Positions 1 to 9,989 of a stretch of 64,000 nucleotides of DNA are shown here, in pieces. Source of the stretch: an uncultured Rhodobacter sp. (GTDB lineage Bacteria > Pseudomonadota > Alphaproteobacteria > Rhodobacterales > Rhodobacteraceae); the NCBI GenBank assembly GCA_965201085.1, contig CBDAVS010000005.1:30967-94966 (forward strand), in the 5' to 3' direction. How positions within the stretch are numbered: the stretch's first letter is position 1; every line of letters starts with the position of its first letter. A program made the translations under genes and the position numbers. The notes below the pieces were generated by a model. The model was not told the DNA's origin, made no database searches, and saw only the letters and a list, made by a program, of their open reading frames with translations.

Positions 1-462
1 CTCAAGGTATTCGTTTGGCGAACAGAACCCCATAACCCGCTCGACTCCTGCCCGATTGTACCAGGAACGATCGTAGAACACCATCTCCCCGTTTGTGGGG
101 AGATGCTCGATGTAGCGCTGGAAAAACCACTGTCCCTTCTCCAATTCGGTCGGCCTGTTCAATGCGACAACGCGTGCCCAGCGCGGATTCAGATGCTCCG
201 TGAACCTCTTGATCGTACCGCCTTTTCCGGCCGCGTCGCGACCCTCGAACACAATCACGAATTTCTGGCCGGTGTCCTGAGCCCAATGCTGGACCTTGAG
301 AAGCTCTACCTGAAGCACCGCTTTCTGGGCTTCGTAACCGCCGCGTGAGAGTTTGTCGGTATAGGGATAGATCCCGTATTCAAACGCCTCCCGGATCTCA
401 TCCGGGGTCACTTTTGGAAAATCAGCCGTCGCGACGGGTTGTTCGGGTTTCGCCTCCGGCAT
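1..462 (-). CDS. ppk2: Polyphosphate kinase 2 (PPK2), N-terminal 154 codons; the gene continues past the window start
   Basis: My translation of the minus strand from ATG 462-460 reads [154 protein letters not shown]. The [12 protein letters not shown]-loop and the [11 protein letters not shown] block are PPK2 hallmarks. It is absent from the ORF track because it has no stop codon inside the window. Confidence 0.9.
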   Translation of the reverse strand, partial: MPEAKPEQPVATADFPKVTPDEIREAFEYGIYPYTDKLSRGGYEAQKAVLQVELLKVQHWAQDTGQKFVIVFEGRDAAGKGGTIKRFTEHLNPRWARVVALNRPTELEKGQWFFQRYIEHLPTNGEMVFYDRSWYNRAGVERVMGFCSPNEYLE

Positions 463-1186
463 TCCGACCTCCACATCATGGCGATTGGTGAGCCTTATCC
501 GCCCGATCCTAACACCTGACCGAGTGAGGTCAATTGAATGGACGGTATGCACGCGTATAAAGAAAGTACCGATCGGTCACCTGTGCAGCCGTAAGACAGA
601 AATGCCAGCGTCCGTACACTGACATATCCAGCCGGGCACAGCGGACGGTCCTGTCAGCGATTTAGCCAATCTTCACTGCCTCTCGGCGTCTTGCTTAGCC
701 CGGTGCCTTCCCGAACCACGCCAGTAACCTCAACCATACCGGATCGGGACTGTGCATACGGCCAGACCTGACTGCGCCGTATCGAGATGTCGGCCAAGGC
801 CATTGAAATGGAGCCGCCGCGTCAGGTGCCTGCCCTGACATCGATCGGTGCCGCAGTCAACGGATCCTGCACCAGACCCGCAAGCCGAAATGCTGAATCG
901 CTGCCCATGCCGAACGGCGGATGCTGACTCCACTTCGTCAGGCCCGCGCCCTGTATGTCCGTAAACCGCTCACCTCTCCCCGTCAGTCTCGCTTCCGATC
1001 ATCCGCGCCGTAGCATCTCGATGCGGAAGTCATTTCATAAATCGCGGTCATTCGGATCGCCCCCCGGAACGGAGTCCCGTTCGGTTTCACTTGCTTGCCC
1101 GGGATTGTCGGAGTGCGGTTCACCGAAGCGGTCGAAACGACTTCCCTCCATGCAACATACTGAATCTTATTGGATTACCGAGCCAG

Positions 1187-2046
1187 TTGGAAGCCTCGAT
1201 AAACCCATATTCCGGCGCGAATGTCGGGCGGGTGATTTCCGGATTCCGGACGGAGCCAGGCCCTGGCCTGCCGTCGTTCATGGAGGACGGGGTGGCGGAA
1301 ACCGTGGCCCGGGTTCGCCATGGTCATGCGGGCTGCGGCCCGGAACCGGCCGACGCGGCGGAACGTGACCGCCATCGGCCCTTTCCCGTATCCGGAGACA
1401 TGTCCGACACCGGCGCGGATGGAAGGGCGCGTCGCATCGCCCCGCCGGACATGCCCGGGCATGGGCCCGCCACGCGGTTTCCCACGGTGGATACGGGAGC
1501 GATGGCCCCGTGCCTTCGGCCGGGGCCCGTTCCCCGCCGGGCGGTGACCGGTGTCCGCCCGGACGGATCCGGTGCCGTTGGCCGGATCCGGTTCGCCCCC
1601 TCCGGTCTTCCGGGCCCCGGAATGTCCGGCTGTCCGGCGGGCACCGATGTCTTTCCGCGCCACCCCGGCGGGACCGTCAGGCCGGACATCGGCCGCGCTT
1701 CCACCCGCCCCGGCCCGTTCCCTCCCTTTCCCCGTCATCCGCCGGCGTGGGGCCGGGACCGAAGCGGCGTCCACGGTCCGGCCCCCTGCGGGCCCGTGGC
1801 CCCGGTCACGGGGAGGCCGGCCGCCTTCCGGCCGGTCCCCGTGACCGGACGCTTCCGTCAATACCGGGCGAAAGACCCCGGGACCCACATGACGTCCTGG
1901 AGCCCCGGGCGGACCGCCCGTCCGCGACAGGCGCCCGGGATGGTCCGGGAGACCGAAAGAACCGGGGCTGCGCATATTCAGGTCCTCCCGGATCCAGCAA
2001 ATCGGAACACGTGCGGAAAGGTCAGGTTTTTTGGAGGCTTCCAGTT
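1187..2046. repeat. GC-rich element of about 860 bp with no recognisable gene, bounded by imperfect inverted repeats (TGGAAGCCTC-N-A-N-AAA-N-CC); possible non-autonomous IS derivative
   Basis: The left end at 1187 is tggaagcctcgataaaccc. The reverse complement of the right end at 2046 is ctggaagcctccaaaaaacc. About 110 bp inside the right end reappears at 20159-20270. Only overlapping, low-complexity ORFs occur on both strands. I saw no clear target duplication. Confidence 0.4.
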
Positions 2047-2263
2047 TAGTTTAACGGCATATTCCGCGCCGACCCGGCGAATTAACAGGGCTTGACACAA
2101 TGCTGGATTACCATCCTTTTGATGCCATAGTTTTCGGGCTGAATCACCGCCGCTGCGGACAGCCGCCAGAGGACGATCATAGCAATTGGCTGTTTGGAGG
2201 GTCGAGGCTGAAACCATTAGATCACAGCGATCCCGTCATCGGGAATCGATAGGGAGAACGAAT

Positions 2264-3494
2264 ATGAAGATTTACGCAACAATCTCGAGGGCATAACCGC
2301 GTTGGTTGGCGCCAGCGCGGCCAACGCTACCGAACTTGAGGTTATGCACTGTTGGACCAGCCGCGGCGAGGCCGCGGCGGTCACCGAATTCGCCAAGGCG
2401 TTCAATGCCACAGGCCATAACTGGGTGGATGGGGCAATCGCAGGCTCCGGTGGCACCGCCAGACCGATCATCGTAAGCCGGGTCATCGGCGGCGACCCCA
2501 TGGGCGCGTTCCAGTTCAGTCATGGCCGTCAGGCCAAGGAGCCCATCGAAGCCGGTCTGCTGCGTGACATGACCGAGGTGGCGGAAGTGGAAGGCTGACA
2601 CGACTTGGTCAATCCACCATCGCTGCTGGATGCATGTACGGTCGACGGCCGGGTGTACTGTGCTCCGGTCAACATCCACCCCTGGCAGTGGATCTGGATT
2701 TCAAACAAGGTCTTCGAAGACGCCGGCCTCGCAATCCCCACGAACCGGGTTGAATTCGCCGCCGCGGTCCCCACGCCGCGTGACAACGGAATCATACCGC
2801 TGGCGCTGGGTGGCCAGCCCTGGCAAAGTTCCGGGCCGTTCAACGTACTCATGGTGGCGCTCGCCGGACCTGAACTGCTGGTCAAGGTCTATGGCGATGG
2901 TGACACCTAAGCCGCCACCGGTCCCAACATGGAAAGAGTGTTTAAGACTGCGGCAGATGCACGCGCCATGACAGAAGGCTCGAACGTGCAGGACTGGAAC
3001 CAGGCCACCAATCTCGTGATCACCGACAAGGCCGGTGCCCAGATCATGGGCGATTGGGCACAGGGAGAATTCCAGGTCGCCGGTGAAGTCGCCGGTGTGG
3101 ACTACACCTGCCTCCGCGGTCTCGGAGCACATGAATACATTTCAACCGGGGGCGACGCCTTCTATCTCCCGGTGGTAGACGACCCGGAGATCTCCGCGGT
3201 GCAGGATGTGCTCGCCGCCACGCTTCTGAAACCCGAGACCCAGGTCAACTTCAGTCTGAAAAAGGCTCCCTGCCAATTCGTGGCGATGTTGACTTAAGCG
3301 CGGCGAATGACTGCATGAAAAAAGGTCTGGAGATCATTGCGACCGGCAACATCCTGCCGGACGTTAACCTGCTGAACTCAGGTGACACCAACAACCAGAT
3401 CAACGATCTGTTCGTCGAGTTCTTCAAGGATCCTACTATGACGCCCGAAGCCGCCCATGCCCGGTTCGCGGACATCATTGCCAATAAGGACTGA
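2264..3494 (+). pseudogene. Sugar ABC transporter substrate-binding protein, inactivated
   Basis: An RBS (gggaga) precedes ATG 2264, but TAA follows after 10 codons. The protein continues in a second frame (ORFs 2302-2598, 2605-2910 and 2929-3297 share one frame, separated by in-frame TGA 2596 and TAA 2908). It finishes in a third frame (...NDCMKKGLEIIATGN...HARFADIIANKD*). The pieces concatenate into a typical extracellular solute-binding protein (…LLDACTVDGRVYCAPVNIHPWQWIWISNKVFEDAGL…). Confidence 0.8.
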
Positions 3495-3562
3495 CCTCCA
3501 TACACGTCCTGACCGTCGGCCCGTCCTGCTTCGGGCCGGCGGTTTCGCGAGAGGAACCGGCC

Positions 3563-4453
3563 ATGTCCACCGGGCGCCCGATCGGGCTTTTCCGCAACCT
3601 CACCGCCAAGATCGCCGCGATTCCGATGATCCTCACGGCTCTGTGCGTTTTCGTGGACGGAACGGCTTGGACAATCGCGTATTCCTTCACCAGCTCAAGG
3701 CTGCTACCGTGAGCGAATTTCGTGGGGCTCGACCAGTACGAGCGGCTCTGGAACACCAGTCGATGGATCGTTTCGATCGAAAACCCGGCGATCTACGGAA
3801 TCTGTTCGCCGGTTCTGTCGCTGGTCATTGGATTCATCCTAGCCGCCTTACTTGACCAGAAAATCAGGTTTGAAAACACGTTTCGCACCATCATCCTGTG
3901 CCCTTTCGCCCTGAGCTTTATCGTAACCGGCCTTGTCTGGCAGTGGTTGCTCAATCCTGACCTTGGCATTCAGAGCGTCGTTCGTGGGATTGGATGGTTC
4001 GGATTCACCTTCAATCCGCTATACAACTCCGATATGGTGATCTTCGGCATCCTAATCGCTGGTTTCTGGCAGGGCACCGGATTGGTCATGGTTCTGATAC
4101 TGGCGAGGCTTCGGGGAATTGACCAGGATATCTGGAAAGCCGCACGGGTGGACGGATTCCCAGCGTGGAAAACCTACCTATTGATCGTGATCCCGATGAT
4201 GCGACCGGTATTCATAACGACGCTAGTGATCATCGCGAGCGGCATCGTGAAGCTTTATGAACTTGTGGTCGCGCAAACCAGCGGCGGTCCGGGAATATCT
4301 TCCGAAGTGCCGGCGAAGTATGTTTACGACTACATGTTCTCGGGCAAAAATCTCGGCCAGGGCTTCGCGGCGTCCACGATGATGCTTCTGGCCGTCGCCA
4401 TCGTCGTGGTGCCCTGGGCCTTCCTTGAATTCGGGATCGGAAAGCGTGGCTGA
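3563..4453 (+). pseudogene. ABC transporter permease 1 (MalF/UgpA-like) with an in-frame TGA
   Basis: ATG 3563 has an upstream gagagga RBS and gives MSTGRPIGLFRNLTAKIAAIPMILTALCVF...SSRLLP. An in-frame TGA at 3710-3712 follows, and the same frame continues as ORF 3722-4453. That ORF carries the permease EAA-like loop (ILARLRGIDQDIWKAARVDGFPAWKTYLLIVIPMMRP). Confidence 0.75.
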
Positions 4454-5288
4454 CGCCTCCGCCATACTCAGGGACGCGATGGATGGCCCGCGCGGACCGA
4501 AACCGCGGCGCACTTTCTCGCGACGCAACGTGTTCATCTACGGCACCCTGACCCTTGTCGCGCTCTACTACATGTTGCCGCTCTACGTAATGGTGGTCAC
4601 ATCACTGAAGGGAATGCCTGAAATCCGCCTCGGGAACATCTTCGCCCCACCGGTCGAGATTACGTTCGAACCATGGGTAAAGACGTGGGCTGAAGCCTGT
4701 ACGGGTCTCAACTGCGATGGTCTTAGCCGCGGCTTCTGGAACTCGGTGCAGATCACCGTTCCATCCGTAATCGTTTCTATCCTGATCTTCGGGGCGTTCA
4801 TACCGTATCAGGTGATGCTGTACCCGGTCGTGATCATGTTGCGGGAGATCGGACTTTACGGATCCCTCTCGGGATTGGTCATCGTGCATACGATCTTTGG
4901 CATGCCGATCCTGACGCTTCTGTTTCGGAACTACTTCGTGTCACTGCCCGAGGTACTGTTCAAGGCGGCGCGTGTCGACGGCGCGCGTTTCCGGGGGCAT
5001 CTACCTGCAGATCATGCTGCCGATGTCGCTTCCCATCTTCGCTGTCGTGATCATTCTTCAGGTCACGGGAATCTGGAACGATTTTCTCTTCGGTGTGGTC
5101 TATACCAAGCCGGAGACATATCCGATGACGGTGCAGCTCAACAATATCGTCAACTCGGTGCAGGGGTGAAGGAATACAACGTCAGCATGGCGGCGACCCT
5201 ACTCACCGGGCTTGTTCCTCTATGCATCTATTTCGTCTCAGGGAAACTGTTCGTGCGCGGCATCGCCGCCGGTGCCGTGAAAGGCTGA
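4446..5288 (+). pseudogene. ABC transporter permease 2 (MalG/UgpE-like), frameshifted twice
   Basis: ORF 4425-5288 reads correctly up to ...LFKAARVDGA and then becomes nonsense (RFRGHLPADHAADVASHL). The correct continuation GGIYLQIMLPMSLPIFAVVIILQVTGIWNDFLFGVVYTKPETYPMTVQLNNIVNSVQG lies in ORF 4972-5169. The sequence then returns to the first frame for VKEYNVSMAATLLTGLVPLCIYFVSGKLFVRG. A possible GTG start at 4446 overlaps the upstream stop. Confidence 0.75.
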
Positions 5289-5295
5289 TACCGAC

Positions 5296-6385
5296 ATGGA
5301 TTCCAGTATTTCCATTTGTGGACTCCGGCTCAGCTTCGGATCGGTCGAGGTTCTCAGGGACCTTGATCTCGATGTTGGACGAGGCGAACTCCCGGTGCTT
5401 CTCGGTTCATCCGGCTGCGGTAAGTCCACGCTCCTTAACTGTATCGCGGGGCCTCTGGACGTCACCGACGGGCAGATATTCATCAAAGGCCGCAATGTCA
5501 CCTGGGAGGAGCCTTCACGCCGTGGGATCGGAATGGTGTTCCAGAGCTATGCCCTCTACCCGCAGATGACGGTGGAGGGAAATCTACCCTTCGGACTGAA
5601 AAACGCCCGGGTGCCGAGATCCGAAACTGCGGAACGCGTTGTCCGGGCGGCGAGAATCCTGCAGATCGAGCCCTTCCTGAAACTTAAACCGGCCGCCCTA
5701 TCGGGTGGACAGAGACAGCGGTTGGCGGTCGGTCAGGCCTTGGTACGCGATGTGGATGTGTTTCTGTTCGATGAACCGCTCAGCAATCTTGACGCAAAGC
5801 TCCGGGCGGATCTTCGGGTCGAGATAAAGCAGCTGCACCAGTGCCTCGACAACACCATGATCTACGTCACCCGTGACCAGGTCGAGGCGATGACCCTCGC
5901 CGACCGAATCGTCATAATGCGCGACGGAAACATCCTTCAGCTTGTCACGCCGCACGAGATATACGGCAAGCCAGCGAATAAATTCGTGGCGGAATTCATC
6001 GGCTCGCCGAAGATGAATCTCATCAGGGGTCGGATTGACGTTCAGGATGGTCCGGCCTTTACGTCCAGCACGGCTGGAGTCCCGATTTCCGGTTACGTTT
6101 TTTCGGATGGCCAGCCAGCGGCAGGCGACGCCTGGTTTGGAATACGGTCCGAACATATCATGACCGGGGAACTACAGCCGTCGAGCCCGGCAAGGCTTGA
6201 GTCGCTTGCGGAGCTGATCGAGCCTCCATGGCTCGGATACTCAGGTACGCGCGACGGTCGGCGACCTACCGATCTGGTTCAGCATGGACGGTCAGGCATG
6301 GGTGAACCCTGGAGACAGGTTGCCCATCGGATTCGATCCGGCCCGCGCCTCGAGTTTCGACCACGTGTCCGAGCGGCGGCTCTGA
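5296..6385 (+). pseudogene. UgpC/MalK-type ABC ATPase, frameshifted near 6225 and with an H-loop His-to-Arg change
   Basis: It has Walker A (LLGSSGCGKST), the signature (LSGGQRQR) and Walker B (VFLFDEPLSNLD). The H-loop reads IYVTRDQVEA, where this family has THDQ. After ...AELIEP the listed ORF turns to nonsense. The +1 frame gives the expected tail GSDTQVRATVGDLPIWFSMDGQAWVNPGDRLPIGFDPARASSFDHVSERRL, with its stop at 6383-6385. Confidence 0.8.
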
Positions 6386-6445
6386 AGCGATGGTGGAGCG
6401 GGACCCGATACCCCAGACAATGGACTCAAACGCAGGGATTGCGAC

Positions 6446-7189
6446 ATGAACGTTTCATACCAGCTCTACTCGGCGCGAAACGCTGGACCTTGGGAAAGTG
6501 TGATCAAGGACATCGCCGAACTCGGCTATAAGCAAACCGAAGGCTTTCCGGGAATCTATGACGATCCTGAAGGATTTCGAAGCCTTCTGGACCGGCACGG
6601 CCTGAAGATGCCATCGGGCCACTTCGCCCTCAATGCGCTGGAAATGGACTTTCCGGGCGTTTCACGCATCGCGGATGCGCTGGGCATGTCCCGCATCTAC
6701 TGCCCGATGCTGGCTCAGGCCGACCGGCCGTCGGACAAGGCGGGGTGGCGCGAATTCGCGGCGCGGCTTCAAGCGGTCCGGAGCCGGGTCCGGGACACAG
6801 GACGTGACTTCGGCTGGCATAACCATGACTTCGAATTCCGCGCGATGGCTGACGGAGCGATACCGATGCGGGAGATTCTCGAAGGAGCGCCCGATATCGG
6901 GTGGGAAGCCGACATTGCCTGGATCGTGCGAGGCGGCTGCGAACCGATGGACTGGATCGAAAGATACGGAAAGCGGATCACGGCCGTACACGTGAAGGAC
7001 ATCGCTCCTTCCGGTGAATGCGAGGATGAGGACGGCTGGGCTGACGTAGGCCATGGCATTTTGGACTGGAATGCTCTGACGGTCGCCCTGCGGAGCGCCG
7101 GATGCGATCTTTTCATCGTCGAGCATGACATGCCGACCGACGCCGGACGCTTCGCCAGACGGTCCATCGCTTCGTTCAGGTCATACTGA
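6446..7189 (+). CDS. Sugar phosphate isomerase/epimerase (xylose-isomerase-like TIM barrel)
   Basis: This is an intact 247-aa ORF. Its sequence (MNVSYQLYSARN...GYKQTEGF...WHNHDFEF...ADIAWIVRGG...ITAVHVKD...FIVEHD) fits the AP-endonuclease-2/IolE-like TIM barrel family. Confidence 0.75.
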   Translation: MNVSYQLYSARNAGPWESVIKDIAELGYKQTEGFPGIYDDPEGFRSLLDRHGLKMPSGHFALNALEMDFPGVSRIADALGMSRIYCPMLAQADRPSDKAGWREFAARLQAVRSRVRDTGRDFGWHNHDFEFRAMADGAIPMREILEGAPDIGWEADIAWIVRGGCEPMDWIERYGKRITAVHVKDIAPSGECEDEDGWADVGHGILDWNALTVALRSAGCDLFIVEHDMPTDAGRFARRSIASFRSY

Positions 7190-7199
7190 GGCTTCCGGC

Positions 7200-8321
7200 A
7201 TGAACGGGCCACTCAATGTCGGTGTTATCGGCTGCGGCAACATCTCGACCGCTTATATGCGTATCGCTCCACTGCTTCGCGGGATTGAAATCCGCGCCTG
7301 CGCTGACCTCATACCGGAGTCCGCTGCGGCGCAAGCCAGGGAGTTCGGTCTCAGAGCGCTGTCAGTCGATGAGCTTCTGGCGGATGACGACGTGGACCTC
7401 GTGCTCAATCTCACAATACCCAAGGCCCATTTCGTGACATCAAAGTGGGCGCTTGAGGCCGGAAAGCACGTCTATTCCGAAAAGCCTTTCGTGCTTTCCG
7501 TCGCCGAGGGACGCGAACTTGGCCGTCTCGCCGATGGAAAGAACCTGCGTATCGGTTCGGCGCCGGATACATTCCTCGGCGGTTCACACCAGCTTGCCAG
7601 AAACCTGGTGGACGGCGCGGCCGTCGGCGAGATCACGTCCGGCACATGCTTTGTCCAGAGTCCGGGCATGGAAATGTGGCATCCGAATCCGGATTTCTTC
7701 TTCAAACCGGGCGGCGGTCCGATTCTGGATCTGGGTCCCTATTATATTTCGAACCTGGTTCAGCTTCTCGGCCCGGTGAAGCGCGTGGCGGCGATGTCCT
7801 CTTCGGCCTCCGAATTCCGAACGATCACCTCCGAGCCGAGGCACGGCGAGAGAATCAAGGTCGAGACCCCCACGACGGTTCATGCCGTCATGGAATTCCA
7901 TTCGGGCGCGCAGATCACCTACTGTGCCAGCTGGGACGTGTGGCACCATGGGCATTCGAACATCGAACTCTATGGCAGGAACGGCACGCTTTACGTTCCG
8001 GACCCGAATTTCTTCGGTGGTGAGGTGCGTATGTCGGCGCGTTCCGCTTTCACGAATATCGCCCGATCATGGGACCATCCACTTGGCCGAGCGAATCAGG
8101 GCGAGCGGGCGAATTACCGCGGCGTCGGGCTGGCCGACATGGCCATCGCCATTCTGGACGGTCGGCCGCATCGCTGTTCGCATGCCTTCACCCTGCATGC
8201 CATAGACGTGATGACCTCCATCCTTGCCTCGGGTGAAAACGGTCAGTTCGTCGAGGTCCTCACCGAATGCAACCGCCCTGCACCGCTGGATCCAAACGAT
8301 GCGGATTCACTTCTCGCCTGA
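7200..8321 (+). CDS. Gfo/Idh/MocA family NAD(P)-dependent oxidoreductase
   Basis: From ATG 7200 it reads MNGPLNVGVIGCGNISTAYM (Rossmann GxGxxG) and carries the EKP motif (VYSEKPF). The ORF is intact to 8321. The track ORF starts upstream at 7125 and overlaps the previous gene. Confidence 0.85.
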   Translation: MNGPLNVGVIGCGNISTAYMRIAPLLRGIEIRACADLIPESAAAQAREFGLRALSVDELLADDDVDLVLNLTIPKAHFVTSKWALEAGKHVYSEKPFVLSVAEGRELGRLADGKNLRIGSAPDTFLGGSHQLARNLVDGAAVGEITSGTCFVQSPGMEMWHPNPDFFFKPGGGPILDLGPYYISNLVQLLGPVKRVAAMSSSASEFRTITSEPRHGERIKVETPTTVHAVMEFHSGAQITYCASWDVWHHGHSNIELYGRNGTLYVPDPNFFGGEVRMSARSAFTNIARSWDHPLGRANQGERANYRGVGLADMAIAILDGRPHRCSHAFTLHAIDVMTSILASGENGQFVEVLTECNRPAPLDPNDADSLLA

Positions 8322-8366
8322 AGCCGCGCCCGGACCTCGTGCACCCGGACATCGGAAGCATCCGCC

Positions 8367-8492
8367 ATGATCCGCAATCCCATCCTGCCGGGCTTCAATC
8401 CCGATCCATCGATCTGCCGCGCCGGGGATGAATATTTTGTCGCGACGTCGACCTTTGAATTGTATCCAGGCGTGCAGGTCCACCGATCCCTC
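8367..8492 (+). pseudogene. GH43 beta-xylosidase/arabinofuranosidase, N-terminal ~41 codons only
   Basis: [41 protein letters not shown] matches the conserved GH43 N-terminus (NPILPGFxPDPSIxRxGDDYY...F...PG). Similarity stops near 8490, where GC content jumps and transposase debris begins. Confidence 0.7.
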
Positions 8493-9960
8493 TCCCGGAG
8501 CATCCGGCCAGGCCTATGGACGTTCGCGGCCGGCACGGCCAGCGCCACGGTCCGGGCGAAGCCCTCCTTTCCGTGGCCGCGAACCCGGTCCAGGCCACGG
8601 TGCCCGAGGTTGTTGATGGCCGATTCGACGGCGGCGTGGGCGCGCCGCGCCCCGCGGAACACCTCCCCGCCCCCGCGTTCGCGGTCCGCCTTCGACAGCC
8701 TCCCTTTCCGCGGCATCGCGTCGGCTCCGGCCTCCCGGCAGGCCCCAGCCGGTTCGAGGGGCTGTGCAGGCCGCGGTCGAAACTCACCACCGACAGGTCG
8801 GGGAAGCGCGCCCGCGCCTCCCCGACCATGGGGACCGCCACGTCCACGTCGCTCCCCTCCCACATGACCGAACGGTGCGGGAGGAACCCGTGACGGTCCC
8901 CGGCACGCGGACGGGGACCCCGGGCTCCACGGGTACCCCCGCCCTGCCCTTCGATATTCAGCGGGTGTGCGGCCCGGATATCGGGTGCACCTTCCCGCGG
9001 TGCGGGATCGTCCCTCCCTTCAGGATCCGCCGTTCCGGTGCCTGACATGGCCGATGAGGCCCCGGATACTGTCCGACGGGCCCGTGATACCCAACCTGTC
9101 GTCCATCTCCGCGCGGCCCCCTCCGCCCTGTCGGCGAACTTCAGGGCGGGCCGGAGCAGCGCCTCCACGTCCCTCGGGCGCGGGTTGGCGAGCCGCGACG
9201 TGGCGACACCGGGACAGAGCCTGCGGAGCTTTCCGCAAAGGTATTCCTTCCGCCGCCAGCCGCGTAGCCCCGCCCCCCGCAGGCCCGGGACACGTCCCGG
9301 ACCATGCACCGCGCCGCGTCCATCGGCAGGCTGCGGTCGGCCGGATGGTGGACGCCGGTCCCGGCCACGAAGGAATGACGGCGGCCGCGCAACGCGGCGC
9401 CAGGCTTTTTCCGGCCACCCTGTGGCCCCTCTCCACGACCATCCTTCCGACCTCGGCGGGAAGCTCCGGCGTGAGGAGCGACACGCTGTCAACCGGACGC
9501 CGGTATTCGTATCCGTCCACGTCCCGTGATCCGTGACCCGGCCTTCGGCCTTCGCCGGATCGTCCGGTGCCCGTTCGCCAGGTCCTGAAGCCGGTCGAAA
9601 CCGCACCCGTGACCCTGCTTCACGACCCCCAGCACTAGGATGGTCAACGGTTCCATCCCCGGCCTGCCGACTCGGCGGCTCCTTCCGGGAAGCACCATCC
9701 TGCCCGGAAGCCGGAACAGCCGCTTTCGGGTCCCTTCGTCGCTGCAGGGGTCCTGGAGGCCGATCAGGATCGCCGGGATGTCGTCCCTCGATGTCACGGT
9801 CGGCCTGATCCTCCTGATGTCGGGGGCGCCGGGCCACCGCTGGGTGTCGTGGACCTTGCGCATGGGGGCCTCCCGAGGGGAGGACTGGCGGATTCCGCGG
9901 CATACCCTGACCGCCATATCCGGTGATTCCCCGCAAGGCGGATTCCGTCATTTACCGCGA
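8493..9960 (-). pseudogene. Degenerate DDE transposase gene (ISNCY-like), multiply frameshifted
   Basis: The minus-strand fragments lie in three frames. The first is MRKVHDTQRWPGAPDIRRIRPTVTSRDDIPAILIGLQDP...GRPGMEPLTILVLGVVKQGHGCGFDRLQDLANGHRTIRR. The second is ...RRHSFVAGTGVHHPADRSLPMDAARCMV (the DSFVxETxVHFPTD box). The third is ...[19 protein letters not shown] (the SFDKGFxS box). The family assignment is from memory. Confidence 0.5.
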
Positions 9961-9989
9961 AAAAACCGCATCTTGGCAGTTTTCAGGCG

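Noticed and set aside
470-1186. The long intergenic region upstream of ppk2 as a riboswitch or sRNA locus
   Set aside because: I looked for cobalamin-box, RNase P and SRP-like strings and found none. ORFs 730-933 and 955-1368 look spurious. I have no positive evidence either way.
5296-6531. Taking the 411-aa ORF at face value as an intact ABC ATPase
   Set aside because: After residue ~310 the sequence (PPWLGYSGTRDGRRPTDLVQHGRSGMGEPWRQ...) is nonsense. The family-typical C-terminus is in the +1 frame and ends at 6385.
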